Positions 20,756 to 30,746 are shown, counted from the stretch's first letter. The stretch is 64,000 bases of DNA from an uncultured Pelagibacteraceae bacterium (GCA_902526565.1 CABZLP010000002.1:38191-102190), one strand, 5' to 3'. Numbers and translations: made by a program. Notes: a model not told the origin generated them from the sequence alone.

Positions 20756-21364
20756 ATGGCTTCAATATTACAATCTCTTCCAAAGACAGTTCTTGCAGGT
20801 TCTCTTCTTGCAATAGCTTTGCTAATAATGATTACTGGCCATTATGGCGGATTTGACCAACTCTATTGGGCATCTTTATCTAGATTTCTTCATGTTATAT
20901 CGGGGGTTATGTGGATAGGCTTACTCTACTATTTCAATTTTGTTCAAATTCCAAATATGCCAAATATTCCTGACGAACAAAAGCCAGCTATCGGAAAAGT
21001 GATAGCTCCTGCCGCATTGTTTTGGTTCAGATGGGCAGCTATGGCAACTCTCATTACGGGGCTGACAACTCTAGGCTTATACTATGGTCATGAAGGATCT
21101 GTTAACGCGCTAACATTCACCTTGGCGTATGGATTTGATGGCAAGCAACTTACAATCGGTATAGGAATGTGGCTTGCAATAATTATGGCGTACAATGTCT
21201 GGATGGTCATCTGGCCTAATCAAAAGAAAGCGCTTGGCATTGTTGAAGTTGATGCCGACACAAAAGCAAAATCTGCCAGAACTGCAATGCTATTTTCAAG
21301 AACCAATACTTTATTATCAATACCGATGCTGTTATCGATGGTTGCAGCTCAAAATTTATATTAA
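20756..21364 (+). CDS. Integral membrane protein of unknown function (about 5 TM; resembles the N-terminal membrane domain family of PuuD-type urate hydroxylases)
   Basis: 202 aa and hydrophobic throughout. RFLHVISGVMWIGLLYYFNFVQ resembles the His-x3-G-x-W-I-G-x-x-Y-F motif I recall from the Urate_ox_N family. The family assignment is tentative and no cytochrome c domain is attached. Confidence 0.55.
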   Translation: MASILQSLPKTVLAGSLLAIALLIMITGHYGGFDQLYWASLSRFLHVISGVMWIGLLYYFNFVQIPNMPNIPDEQKPAIGKVIAPAALFWFRWAAMATLITGLTTLGLYYGHEGSVNALTFTLAYGFDGKQLTIGIGMWLAIIMAYNVWMVIWPNQKKALGIVEVDADTKAKSARTAMLFSRTNTLLSIPMLLSMVAAQNLY

Positions 21365-21366
21365 AT

Positions 21367-22293
21367 CTAACGAGTTGAGTCGACTGCGGAAGTTGTATTC
21401 CATTCTCTCTTTACATCTAAATAGTTTAAAAGTGGTGCAGCTACGAAAATTGATGAATATGTCCCAACCACTACACCCCATATCATTGCAAATGTAAAAC
21501 CCTTAATTACCTCACCGCCAAAAATAAATAATGATAACAAGGCAAGTAATGTTGTAACAGAGGTTACAATTGTACGTGATAATGTCTCATTAATTGAAAG
21601 ATTTAGTAGATCTATAATATTTTTGGATCTGTGCTTACGCAAGTTTTCTCTGACTCTATCATAAACAACAACGGTATCATTCATTGAGTAACCAACTATT
21701 GTCAGAATTGCTGCAATTATTGGAAGATTGAATTCTAACTGAGTGATACTGAATACACCTATAGTTAAAATTACATCGTGAATTAAGGCAACAACAGCTC
21801 CAAGAGAAAATTGCCACTCAAATCTAAACCAAATATAGATAAGCATTGCAAAAACTGCAGCTAATATAGCAATAGCACCTGATTGTATTAATTCACCACT
21901 GACTTTTGGTCCAACAACTTCTGTTCTTCTGAAATTTACTTCAGACGAAAGATGCGAGTCTAAACTGTTTTTCACAATCTCAACTACATTTTGTTGAATT
22001 TGGTCACCGCCTGATTGTTGTTCAACTCTAATCAATAAATTATTTTTTGATCCAAATTCCTGAACCTGAACATCACCTAAACTTAAAGTATTGAGGTTAT
22101 CTCTTAGTCCAGCAATTTCTATTTCATTATCAGTTTCAATTTCGATTAATGTTCCACCCTTAAAGTCAATACCAAAGTTTAATCCACTTACAAAAAAAAA
22201 GCCAATAGATAAAACTACCAATATAGATGAAAATATAAAAGTAATGATTCTTGATTTTAAGAAATTAATTTTTGTTTTTGCAATATCAATCAT
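21367..22293 (-). CDS. secF: Protein translocase subunit SecF
   Basis: 308 aa. Motifs: GLNFGIDFKGGT, a six-TM RND-like C-terminal half, and YSMNDTVVVYDRVRE. Confidence 0.92.
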   Translation of the reverse strand: MIDIAKTKINFLKSRIITFIFSSILVVLSIGFFFVSGLNFGIDFKGGTLIEIETDNEIEIAGLRDNLNTLSLGDVQVQEFGSKNNLLIRVEQQSGGDQIQQNVVEIVKNSLDSHLSSEVNFRRTEVVGPKVSGELIQSGAIAILAAVFAMLIYIWFRFEWQFSLGAVVALIHDVILTIGVFSITQLEFNLPIIAAILTIVGYSMNDTVVVYDRVRENLRKHRSKNIIDLLNLSINETLSRTIVTSVTTLLALLSLFIFGGEVIKGFTFAMIWGVVVGTYSSIFVAAPLLNYLDVKREWNTTSAVDSTR

Positions 22294-23896
22294 TTATTTT
22301 CATCCCGACTAATGAAGGCTTAAGGCTTTTTGCATAAATTGAAATCAATAACCTTGTAAAAGTGAATGCAGTAAATACTGAAGTAAAAATTCCAATAGCC
22401 AGTGTAATTGAAAATCCTCTCACTGGTCCTGATGCCATGAAAAAAAGTATTACAGCTGCGATTAAAGTTGTAATATTTGCATCTAATATAGTTGAAAGTG
22501 CCCTTTTGTATCCATTTTCAACTGCATTAATCATTTTAGATCCACTTCTAATCTCTTCCTTAACTCGCTCAAAGATCAACACGTTAGCATCAACTGCCAT
22601 ACCTATTGTTAAAATAATACCAGCAATACCAGGTAAAGTTAAAGTTGCTTGAAATAACGAGAGAATACCTAGCACCATAAATAAATTTATGATCAAAGCT
22701 ATGTCGGCCAAAAAGCCAAAATATCTATAAACAAACATCATGAATATTATGACTGCTACAAAACCTATTATAGCTGCATACTGACCTGCCTCAATTGAAT
22801 CTGCCCCAAGATCAGGCCCTACTGATCTTTCCTCTAAAATGATTAAAGGAGCTGGCAGTGCTCCTGCTCTAAGGAGTATAGCCAGATCATTTGCTTCTTC
22901 TGAGTCAAAACCCCCTGAGATTTGTCCTGATCCTCCGAGTATTGCCTCTCGTATAACCGGAGCGCTAATAACAGTATCATCTAAAATTATTGCAAAAGGT
23001 TTGCCCACATTTTGCTGAGTAACTCTTCCAAATTTACTGGCTCCAAGTCTATCAAATCGAAATGAAACTATTGGTTCATTTGTTTGAGGATCAAATCCAG
23101 GCTGAGCATCAACTAAGTTCTCTCCTCCGACCATTACTCTTTTTTTAACAATATATTTAAAACTGTCGTCAGCATCCGATGGTAAAATTTCAGATCCTAC
23201 AGGTGCTTTCTTTGGATTTAGTGGATCATAATTAGTAGAGGTGTCTACTAGCTGAAAAGTAAGCTTAGCTGTTTGTCCTAATAATGCTTTAATTCGATCA
23301 GGATCATCAATTCCTGGCAGTTGAATAATAATTCTTGAAGACCCTTGCCTTTGTATAGACGGCTCTCTTGTTCCAAGTTCATCTATTCTTCTGCGAACTA
23401 TCTCAAGAGATTGAGCAACAGCATTTGAAACAGCTAATTTAATAAATTCGTCTGTAAAGGAGATAGACACTTGATTCAAATCTCTTGTGATTACTAAGTT
23501 AGTTTGATCGCCCATTTGTAATATATTTTGAGAATTACTAACCGATATTTCTAAAATTTCCTTTTGAATTTCAGCAGGGAATTCTTCAACCACGAATTTC
23601 AAGTTGTCGTCAGTATTCTTAAAATTACTATATTGGATATTATTTTTCTTTAGCACTCTTCTAACGTCAGAATTTAGATTCTCTAATCTTTCTTTTACAA
23701 TCTCAACTGTATCAACTTCTAATAATAAATGGGATCCGCCTTGCAAATCTAATCCAAGGTTAACTTGCTGCTTAGGAATAAAGTTTGGGAAACTATTTAA
23801 CTGATCTTTACTAAAGAAGTTAGGAACAGCGAACATCAAACATATAAAGATGACGGATAAGATTGAAAAAATCTTAGTATTTGAAAAATAAATCAT
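22286..23896 (-). CDS. secD: Protein translocase subunit SecD
   Basis: 536 aa. Motifs: LGLDLQGGSHLLLEV, a large periplasmic domain, and a C-terminal six-TM half with GMAVDANVLIFERVKEE. It overlaps secF by 8 nt. Confidence 0.93.
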   Translation of the reverse strand: MIYFSNTKIFSILSVIFICLMFAVPNFFSKDQLNSFPNFIPKQQVNLGLDLQGGSHLLLEVDTVEIVKERLENLNSDVRRVLKKNNIQYSNFKNTDDNLKFVVEEFPAEIQKEILEISVSNSQNILQMGDQTNLVITRDLNQVSISFTDEFIKLAVSNAVAQSLEIVRRRIDELGTREPSIQRQGSSRIIIQLPGIDDPDRIKALLGQTAKLTFQLVDTSTNYDPLNPKKAPVGSEILPSDADDSFKYIVKKRVMVGGENLVDAQPGFDPQTNEPIVSFRFDRLGASKFGRVTQQNVGKPFAIILDDTVISAPVIREAILGGSGQISGGFDSEEANDLAILLRAGALPAPLIILEERSVGPDLGADSIEAGQYAAIIGFVAVIIFMMFVYRYFGFLADIALIINLFMVLGILSLFQATLTLPGIAGIILTIGMAVDANVLIFERVKEEIRSGSKMINAVENGYKRALSTILDANITTLIAAVILFFMASGPVRGFSITLAIGIFTSVFTAFTFTRLLISIYAKSLKPSLVGMKIND

Positions 23897-23904
23897 TAAT
23901 TTAT

Positions 23905-24183
23905 TTATTTAGGAGCGCCCTCTTTGACCACTTCTGCAATTGTTGATTTAACTAAAGTAACATTAACTCCCTGTGATATCTCAACCTCTACATCGAATTC
24001 ACCAACTACCTTGACAACTTTACCTCTTATTCCCCCAGAGCTAACAATTTTGTCACCTCTCTGCACTCCTGCTACCATTTCCTTATGCTCCTTGGCTCTT
24101 CGTTGCTGTGGCCTAATTAGTAGGAAATAAAATATCGCAAAAATTAAGAATAGCGGCATTAATTGAATCAGCATCTGTTCCAT
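23905..24183 (-). CDS. yajC: Preprotein translocase subunit YajC
   Basis: 92 aa with a single N-terminal TM. Motifs: FYFLLIRPQQRR and GDKIVSSGGIRGKV. Confidence 0.9.
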   Translation of the reverse strand: MEQMLIQLMPLFLIFAIFYFLLIRPQQRRAKEHKEMVAGVQRGDKIVSSGGIRGKVVKVVGEFDVEVEISQGVNVTLVKSTIAEVVKEGAPK

Positions 24184-24247
24184 TACGAATCTCCTTTAAA
24201 TAATTAAGGCAATATACATACTTAGCGTATATATTTGAACTAAATAA

Positions 24248-25072
24248 TTAGTTAATATCTGACTTAATTGATAATTTTAAGTGATTTAGACTGCTGTGAT
24301 GGGTCAGATCTAAATGAAACGGGGTAATTGAAATATGCTGATTTGCAATTGCTTCTACATCAGACATAAACCCGTCAACCGCCATATTTAATGGTGGAAG
24401 TGTTAATTTTGCATTTTCTTCAAGTCTTCTTCTAAGCCCGAACCTAAACAAATTATTTTCAACCTCATTTATAATCAAATCATCAGTATCTCTATTGCCT
24501 TGAGTTGTAATTTGTATACTTTTCACTTTATCAGATTGGCAATAAGGAAAATTAATGTTCATGAAAACATTACTGTCCCATCCCAGATTAGTTATATCAG
24601 TGAGTATATCTTTCAAAAAATGTTTTGAAGAGTCCCATGAGATTACATTTTTCTTACCTGCTTCATAATTTTGACTGATTGCAATTGATGGTATCCTTCT
24701 TATCAAGCCCTCCATAGCTGCAGCAATAGTTCCAGAATAGGTTACATCCTCTCCAACGTTACATCCACTATTAATCCCTGAAAGAATTAAATCTGGTCTC
24801 TTATCTTTTAAAACATGGCTGATGCCGATGGCTATACAATCGCTGGGTGTGCCATCTATAGAATAAACTTTTTGAGCTTGTTCTTTTAAATTTAAAGCGT
24901 TTTGAAAAGATAGAGCGTGTGAAGCGCCACTCTTTTCATGTTCAGGGGCAACCACCCATACATCGTCTGAAAACTCTTTTGCAATAGTAGTTAATATTTT
25001 TATACCTTCTGCAGAATAACCATCATCATTGGTTATAAGTATTCTTGCATTTTCAAGTTTTACTGAAGGCAT
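24248..25072 (-). CDS. surE: 5'/3'-nucleotidase SurE
   Basis: 274 aa. Motifs: ILITNDDGYSAEGI, SGINSGCNVG, YSGTIAAAMEG. Confidence 0.92.
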   Translation of the reverse strand: MPSVKLENARILITNDDGYSAEGIKILTTIAKEFSDDVWVVAPEHEKSGASHALSFQNALNLKEQAQKVYSIDGTPSDCIAIGISHVLKDKRPDLILSGINSGCNVGEDVTYSGTIAAAMEGLIRRIPSIAISQNYEAGKKNVISWDSSKHFLKDILTDITNLGWDSNVFMNINFPYCQSDKVKSIQITTQGNRDTDDLIINEVENNLFRFGLRRRLEENAKLTLPPLNMAVDGFMSDVEAIANQHISITPFHLDLTHHSSLNHLKLSIKSDIN

Positions 25073-25082
25073 ATGAATATAT

Positions 25083-26351
25083 TTAGTTTGAAATTTTTTT
25101 TATTCCACTCATGTAGGGAATTAATACTTCTGGTATATCAATAGAACCATCTTCGTTTTGATAATTTTCCATAACTGCTATTAAAGTTCTACCTACTGCC
25201 AAACCTGACCCATTAAGTGTGTGTAGATATTTAATTGTATCTTTTTCTTTGTATCTCGAATTCATTCTTCTTGCTTGAAAATCACCACAATTAGAGCAAC
25301 TGGAAATTTCTCTATATGCGTTTTGCCCTGGAAGCCAAACCTCAATATCATATGTTTTCTGAGCTGAAAAACCCATGTCTTGCGTAGATAAAATTACAAC
25401 TCGATAGTGTAAACCTAATCTTTTTAGCACCTCCTCAGCACAATTTAGCATTCTTTCATGTTCATCAGTTGAATTTTCTTCAGAAGCTAAACTTACCAAT
25501 TCAACTTTGTAGAACTGATGTTGGCGCATTATTCCTCGAGTATCTTTCCCGGCAGCTCCTGCTTCCGATCTGAAACAAGGTGTATGAGAAACATATCGTT
25601 TAGGTAGTTCAGCTGCATCCACTACACTCTCCCTTGTCATGTTTGTTAATGGAACTTCAGCTGTTGGTATTAACCAATAATCATCTGTCGTTTTAAATAA
25701 GTCATTCTTAAACTTTGGAAGTTGACCTGTCCCAAACGCTGCCTGATCTCTTACTAGAATGGGTACATTAATTTCTTCATACCCGAATTCATTAGTGTGT
25801 AAATCAAGCATGAAATTCGCAATAGCCCTCTCAAGTCTTGCTAGCTCACCTTTTTGGATGACAAATCTTGCTCCAGATATTTTTGCGGCTTGATCAAAAC
25901 TCATTTTATTAAGATCCTCACCTAAATCAAAATGCTCTTTTGGGGAAAATGAAAATTCTTTCTTTTTACCTTCGATCTTTATTTCTTTATTAACACTTTC
26001 GTCTCCAACAGGAACTGAAGCGTCTGGCATATTTGGCAATGTTTCAAGCAAAGAATTTAATTTTTCTTTTGCGATACGTTGGTTGTTTTCAATCTCCTGC
26101 ATTTTATTTTTTATTGAACTAACTTCACTTTTAAGTAATTCAGCTTCATCTTGCTTACCATTTGAGGCGTGTTCCCCTATCAATTTAGATTTAGCATTTC
26201 TTTCCTCTTGAAGTGCCTGTAATTCACCTATTAAATCTCGATTTTTCTTATCAAGCTCTATTATTAACGAAGAAGACGGCTCATGCTTTCTACTTACTAA
26301 AGCCTCATCAAGCTGCTTTCCATCATCTCTAATTTTCTTAATGTCTAACAT
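25083..26351 (-). CDS. serS: Serine--tRNA ligase
   Basis: 422 aa. An N-terminal coiled-coil arm is followed by class II motifs (FRSEAGAAGKDTRGIMRQHQF, GSGLAVGRTLIAVMENYQ). Confidence 0.95.
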   Translation of the reverse strand: MLDIKKIRDDGKQLDEALVSRKHEPSSSLIIELDKKNRDLIGELQALQEERNAKSKLIGEHASNGKQDEAELLKSEVSSIKNKMQEIENNQRIAKEKLNSLLETLPNMPDASVPVGDESVNKEIKIEGKKKEFSFSPKEHFDLGEDLNKMSFDQAAKISGARFVIQKGELARLERAIANFMLDLHTNEFGYEEINVPILVRDQAAFGTGQLPKFKNDLFKTTDDYWLIPTAEVPLTNMTRESVVDAAELPKRYVSHTPCFRSEAGAAGKDTRGIMRQHQFYKVELVSLASEENSTDEHERMLNCAEEVLKRLGLHYRVVILSTQDMGFSAQKTYDIEVWLPGQNAYREISSCSNCGDFQARRMNSRYKEKDTIKYLHTLNGSGLAVGRTLIAVMENYQNEDGSIDIPEVLIPYMSGIKKISN

Positions 26352-26359
26352 ATTATAAC

Positions 26360-27133
26360 TTATTTATTCTCTCTTTTTCGCTCTATAAATCCTACTGCAT
26401 ATATTGAAATTTCATACAATATTAATATGGGAACACCAAGACCTATTTGTGAAATGGGATCAGGAGGTGTGAGTATCGCTGCAACAGCAAAAACGCCAAC
26501 GATTACATATTTTCTATTTTTTCTGAGTCCTCCAGAGCTTACAAATCCAACTCTTGCTAGTAATGTAAGTAAGACAGGCAATTGAAAGCTTATGCCAAAA
26601 GCAAAAATTAGTCTCATAATTAAACTAAGATATTCATTAACTTTAGCTTCTAGTTGAATTGGCAATGTTCCTTGTCCTCCAATTGACTCAAATGATAAAA
26701 AAAACTTTATAGCGAGAGGCATAATAAAGAAATATACAAGTGAAGCGCCTAAAATGAATAGAATTGGAGTAGCTGCCAAGTAGGGAATAACAACTGTTTT
26801 CTCATTTTTGTACAAACCTGGCGCAACAAATATCCATATTTGAATTAGTATAAAAGGTAATGCAATAAATAGTGATGCAAATAAGGCAACCTTTAAATAT
26901 GTGAAAAATGTTTCATGTAATGCCGTAAAAATAAGTCTTCTTCCTGCTTCCCCTGCAACTGCGTCTGCATACGGCTGAACTAAGAAATTGTATATAGAGT
27001 CTGCATATATGTACGCAATCACAAACAAAATTGAAATCAAAATGATTGATTTAATTAAACGGCTTCTTAGTTCAATTAAATGTTGAATTAAAGGCTGCTT
27101 GGTATCGTTGAGTGTTTCTTTTTGATCACTCAT
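26360..27133 (-). CDS. tatC: Twin-arginine translocase subunit TatC
   Basis: 257 aa with six TM. Motifs: LIQHLIELRSRLI start and the PFILIQIWIFVAPGLY motif. Confidence 0.93.
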   Translation of the reverse strand: MSDQKETLNDTKQPLIQHLIELRSRLIKSIILISILFVIAYIYADSIYNFLVQPYADAVAGEAGRRLIFTALHETFFTYLKVALFASLFIALPFILIQIWIFVAPGLYKNEKTVVIPYLAATPILFILGASLVYFFIMPLAIKFFLSFESIGGQGTLPIQLEAKVNEYLSLIMRLIFAFGISFQLPVLLTLLARVGFVSSGGLRKNRKYVIVGVFAVAAILTPPDPISQIGLGVPILILYEISIYAVGFIERKRENK

Positions 27134-27422
27134 CTTCAGTTTTTTTGTCTTCTGATTTCATGATCGTTTCATTTATTGAGTCACGCATTTCATCAGTAAA
27201 ATTTTTAGGACTTGCATTCTCAACTGATGACTTAATGTCATCAACACCAGCCTCAGAGGCAATTTGATTAACACTTGATTTAAACTCTCTAGAAAAGTTT
27301 CTGATTTTACCCCACCATCTTCCTAGGCCTCTCAGCACAGCTGGCAAATCTTTAGGGCCAACAAAAATTATTATTAATGCTGCAATAACAAGATATTCTA
27401 CTCCACCAATTCCAGGTAACAT
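27126..27422 (-). CDS. tatB: Twin-arginine translocase subunit TatB
   Basis: 98 aa. It has MLPGIGGVEYLVIAALIIIFVGPKDLP (a TatA/B family N-terminus) followed by an amphipathic helix and an acidic tail. It is the second of two TatA/B paralogues and overlaps tatC by 8 nt. Confidence 0.82.
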   Translation of the reverse strand: MLPGIGGVEYLVIAALIIIFVGPKDLPAVLRGLGRWWGKIRNFSREFKSSVNQIASEAGVDDIKSSVENASPKNFTDEMRDSINETIMKSEDKKTEDE

Positions 27423-27440
27423 CAGATAATTCTATCGCTG

Positions 27441-27626
27441 TTACTCTTTAGTAGAGTTATCTTCTGATTTGTTGATTGACTTCTGCTCATCGTCATCATT
27501 GATGCCTTTTTTAAAACTCTTTACTCCTTTAGCAACATCTCCCATTAATTCAGAAATCTTGCCGCGTCCAAAAAGTATTACTAGAAGTGCAACAACAATT
27601 AAAATTTGCCAAAAACTAATTCCCAT
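27441..27626 (-). CDS. tatA: Twin-arginine translocase subunit TatA
   Basis: 61 aa. The sequence [41 protein letters not shown] is canonical TatA. Confidence 0.88.
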   Translation of the reverse strand: MGISFWQILIVVALLVILFGRGKISELMGDVAKGVKSFKKGINDDDEQKSINKSEDNSTKE

Positions 27627-27693
27627 TCGGTCCTCTTAAAATATTAACTTGTAAGACTATTATATATAAAAATCTTATATTTAAAGAATATAA

Positions 27694-28419
27694 TTAAGTA
27701 TTGGCTTTAATACTACTGAATTTTACTGATTTTTCTCTAGATATATGGGTAATATCTTTTGCTGAGCCACTTTGTATAACTGTTCCATCTTCAATAACAA
27801 TGACCTTATCTGACATCGAGAGCGCATCATCAAAATCATGAGAGACAATAATTGCAGTTATATTGTTGTCTTTTAAAATCTTTCTTGTTTCGACACGCAA
27901 CTGATTTGTAAGCGATTGATCTAAAGTTCCAAATGGCTCATCCATCAGAAGTATTTTAGGATTTGGAGCCATTGCTCTTGCAATCGCAACTCGTTGCTGC
28001 TCCCCACTGGAGATCTCGTTTGGATAATTATAAGCATATCGGTCAACTCTAAATAGCTTAAGAAGTCTCATAGCGGTAGAATGTCTTTCAGTTTTACTGC
28101 CACTCACTCCAAACATTACGTTGCTTATTATTGTCAAATGAGGAAATAAAGCTCTTTCTTGAACAACTAATCCAATATTTCTGTTTTCTGTCAATACTGT
28201 ATGATAATGGTCTGAAATAATTTGATCATTCATATGAACACTTCCACTAGTTTCTTTCTCTAGGCCTGCAATTATTCTTAACAATGTAGTTTTTCCGCAT
28301 CCGGATGGACCAAGTATTGATAATATTTCACCTTTATCAAGTTCTAGACTTACATCATTTAGAACATTTTTGCCTTTAACATAGTAGTGACTTAAATCTT
28401 TTATTTCTAAAGCTGTCAT
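27694..28419 (-). CDS. ABC transporter ATP-binding protein of the Fe(3+) importer (FbpC-like, lacks C-terminal TOBE domain)
   Basis: 241 aa. Walker A GPSGCGKTT, signature SSGEQQRVAIARAM, Walker B LLMDEP. Its start codon abuts the permease stop with a 0-nt spacer. Confidence 0.82.
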   Translation of the reverse strand: MTALEIKDLSHYYVKGKNVLNDVSLELDKGEILSILGPSGCGKTTLLRIIAGLEKETSGSVHMNDQIISDHYHTVLTENRNIGLVVQERALFPHLTIISNVMFGVSGSKTERHSTAMRLLKLFRVDRYAYNYPNEISSGEQQRVAIARAMAPNPKILLMDEPFGTLDQSLTNQLRVETRKILKDNNITAIIVSHDFDDALSMSDKVIVIEDGTVIQSGSAKDITHISREKSVKFSSIKANT

Positions 28420-30033
28420 TTAATCCCTACTAGCCGGTCTAGATGTTCTGATCATTCTAGTCAATATAATAATAGGTATCAAACCCACCATAACTATTGC
28501 TATTGAGGGAGCTGCGGCATCATACATTCTTTCTTCTGCAGCATAAATGTAGGTATAAACAGCAAGAGTATCAAAATTGAAGGGTCTCAATATTAATGTT
28601 GCTGGAAGCTCCTTAATAACCTCTGAAACAACTAAAAGTATGCTGGTTAAAAAACTAGTCTTAAGTAAAGGAAGGTGAACTTGAGCTAATAGGGCCCATC
28701 CTGATGTCTTTAGAGTTCGAGCTACATCATCTACTCTTGAATTAATTCTTTGGTACCCTGACTCAATTGTTGAGCTTGATAGTGCATAAGATTTAATTAC
28801 ATAAGCCAGTACCAAGCCTATTATACTGCCAGTTAAAACAAAATTAGAGAACTTTGATACAAAACTATGATCAAAGTAAGTTAACATTTGCATTACACCT
28901 ATAGCTAAGATTAAACCTGGAACTGCGTACCCAACAGTGAGAAAAGAACTCATTACCTTTAAATAGTTGTTGCCTCTGTATCTAATTGAAAAATTAATTA
29001 TCACAGCAAGTACTGAACATAAGAATGCAGCAATCAAGGCTAGATAAAAAGTATTCCATGCAGTGGTGATAAATTTATCATTAAAGAAATCTAACTTATA
29101 GTTTAGAGCCCAATAAAAAAGTTCCATTACAGGAAGTAAGAAGCCTATAAAAATTGGAGTAAAGCAAATTAAGAAAGCAAGAGTATTGGGGACTCCTTTT
29201 AGTTTTGTGAGGGAAAGTGGTTTATATAACGACATTGCATTTGAATAGCTGGCATTTCTTCTAGAATATCTCTCGATCAAAATTAGTATGACCGCAAATA
29301 TTAATAGCAATGATGCTAATTGTTTCGCAGTTTCAATATCGTACATTCCAAACCAAGTTCTAAATACACCAGTTGTAAAAGTTGATATTGCAAAATGATC
29401 TACAGCTCCAAAGTCAGAAATTGTTTCCATTATAACCAACATTAATCCTCCAATTATTGCAGGCCTTATCATTGGGACCCCAAGCTTATAGAAAGTCTGA
29501 AATTTATTTAATCCAAGAGTGCGTCCTGCCTCGAGCATCGTTCTTGATTGGTTTATAAAAGCCATTCTACTTACTAAATAAACATAAGGATATAAGGTGA
29601 ATGAAAATACAACAATCGCACCTGGTACATTTCTAACCTTTGGGAAAAATGTAAATTCACGTCCCAGGTCAAATACATCACGTATCAGATTATTTGCTGT
29701 TCCAAAAGTATCGAATAAACCTGTAAATGTATAAGCAAGTATATATGGTGGGACCGCTAAAGGTAATATTAAGGCCCATTCAAAAATATTTTTTCCTGTA
29801 AAGTTATAATTCGTTACGAGCCATGCGGTACCTACCCCAACAACTGTTACTAAAATGGAAACTCCAGCTACTAAATATGCAGTATTTAGTATGTATCGAG
29901 TTAAAACATATTGATATAAATGAGACCAGTTCTCTGAATAGTCTCCAGTCAAACTGAAAAGAACAATTGCAACAGGCGCAACAAATATAATAAATAATGC
30001 TACAGGAGTTATTTCCCAAAAACTAAATCTCAT
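28420..30033 (-). CDS. Fe(3+) ABC transporter permease (FbpB-like, duplicated 2x6-TM permease)
   Basis: 537 aa. It has two tandem permease modules, each with an EAA-like loop (MLEAGRTLG; VDDVARTLK). Size and duplication are typical of FbpB/SfuB/AfuB. Confidence 0.85.
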   Translation of the reverse strand: MRFSFWEITPVALFIIFVAPVAIVLFSLTGDYSENWSHLYQYVLTRYILNTAYLVAGVSILVTVVGVGTAWLVTNYNFTGKNIFEWALILPLAVPPYILAYTFTGLFDTFGTANNLIRDVFDLGREFTFFPKVRNVPGAIVVFSFTLYPYVYLVSRMAFINQSRTMLEAGRTLGLNKFQTFYKLGVPMIRPAIIGGLMLVIMETISDFGAVDHFAISTFTTGVFRTWFGMYDIETAKQLASLLLIFAVILILIERYSRRNASYSNAMSLYKPLSLTKLKGVPNTLAFLICFTPIFIGFLLPVMELFYWALNYKLDFFNDKFITTAWNTFYLALIAAFLCSVLAVIINFSIRYRGNNYLKVMSSFLTVGYAVPGLILAIGVMQMLTYFDHSFVSKFSNFVLTGSIIGLVLAYVIKSYALSSSTIESGYQRINSRVDDVARTLKTSGWALLAQVHLPLLKTSFLTSILLVVSEVIKELPATLILRPFNFDTLAVYTYIYAAEERMYDAAAPSIAIVMVGLIPIIILTRMIRTSRPASRD

Positions 30034-30055
30034 TATAAACGCCTGATTAAACCAA

Positions 30056-30589
30056 TTACTTTAAAAACTCTATAATATTATCCGGATTTGTCTCTATATA
30101 TGGATCGTCGTCAGTACCACTATCATTTAACCCTTCTTCCACAAAGGATTGTTCAATTTCTAAATTATTAGCAATTACAGCGTACCTCCAAGAACGCATA
30201 CCAAACCCGTTATGGTCTTTATTCACAAGCATTCCCATCATTCGAGTAAATTGCCCAGTTCCATCAGGGATCATTTGTACATTTTTAACACCCATATAAT
30301 TACTCCATGCATTCATTACATAGGAGTCGTTAACAGAAATACAAAAAATCTCATCGATCCCCAGTTTTTTGAAATCATTAAATCTTTCATCAAAAGCAGG
30401 TAGTTGTTGTGAAGAACATGTTGGCGTAAATGCGCCCGGTAGTGAAAATATTAATACTCGTTTATCAGCAAATAGATCAGTTGATGAAATTGTCATCCAT
30501 GCTTTATCTCCTTCAAGATAGCACATCTCTCCTGTTTCGAATTCATTTTGTGACCTAATTTTAAAATTAACAATTGGCAATTTATTCAT
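30056..30589 (-). CDS. Peroxiredoxin, Prx5/type-2 (PrxD-like), cytoplasmic
   Basis: 177 aa with no signal peptide. The peroxidatic Cys motif is LPGAFTPTCS, followed by ISVNDSYVMNAW, as in Prx5-subfamily enzymes. Confidence 0.88.
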   Translation of the reverse strand: MNKLPIVNFKIRSQNEFETGEMCYLEGDKAWMTISSTDLFADKRVLIFSLPGAFTPTCSSQQLPAFDERFNDFKKLGIDEIFCISVNDSYVMNAWSNYMGVKNVQMIPDGTGQFTRMMGMLVNKDHNGFGMRSWRYAVIANNLEIEQSFVEEGLNDSGTDDDPYIETNPDNIIEFLK

Positions 30590-30598
30590 AATCTTTCC

Positions 30599-30627
30599 TT
30601 ATTTAGAATGGTTCTAATTTACAATTT
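30599..30627 (-). promoter_or_regulatory. Iron-box copy 1 (ICE/Irr-like palindrome TTTAGAA-TGG-TTCTAAT) 9 nt upstream of the peroxiredoxin start
   Basis: + strand TTATTTAGAATGGTTCTAATTTACAATTT. It matches the recalled ICE consensus TTTAGAA-N3-TTCTAAA at 13/14 half-site positions and is 25/29 identical to copy 2. Confidence 0.5.
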
Positions 30628-30654
30628 AAATATATTTATATGAGAATAAATCAA

Positions 30655-30682
30655 TGCCTCTTCAAAATTTTTCAAAGAGGCA
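30655..30682 (-). terminator. Probable intrinsic terminator after the fbpA-like gene
   Basis: TGCCTCTT (30655-30662) pairs with AAGAGGCA (30675-30682), giving an 8-bp stem with 5 G:C pairs and a 12-nt loop. On the minus strand it is followed by the U-rich UUGAUUUAUU and lies 65 nt downstream of the stop. Confidence 0.6.
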
Positions 30683-30746
30683 ATCTGTCCTGATACTAAT
30701 GAGAAGAAGAGACGGTGGACAAATTACCTCTTAATGGATGGAAGGA

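Noticed and set aside
30699-30734. An 11-aa ORF (MRRRDGGQITS) between the fbpA-like terminator region and the fbpA-like stop.
   Set aside because: It is too short, lies on the strand opposite to all neighbouring genes, and has no SD. It is most likely fortuitous.
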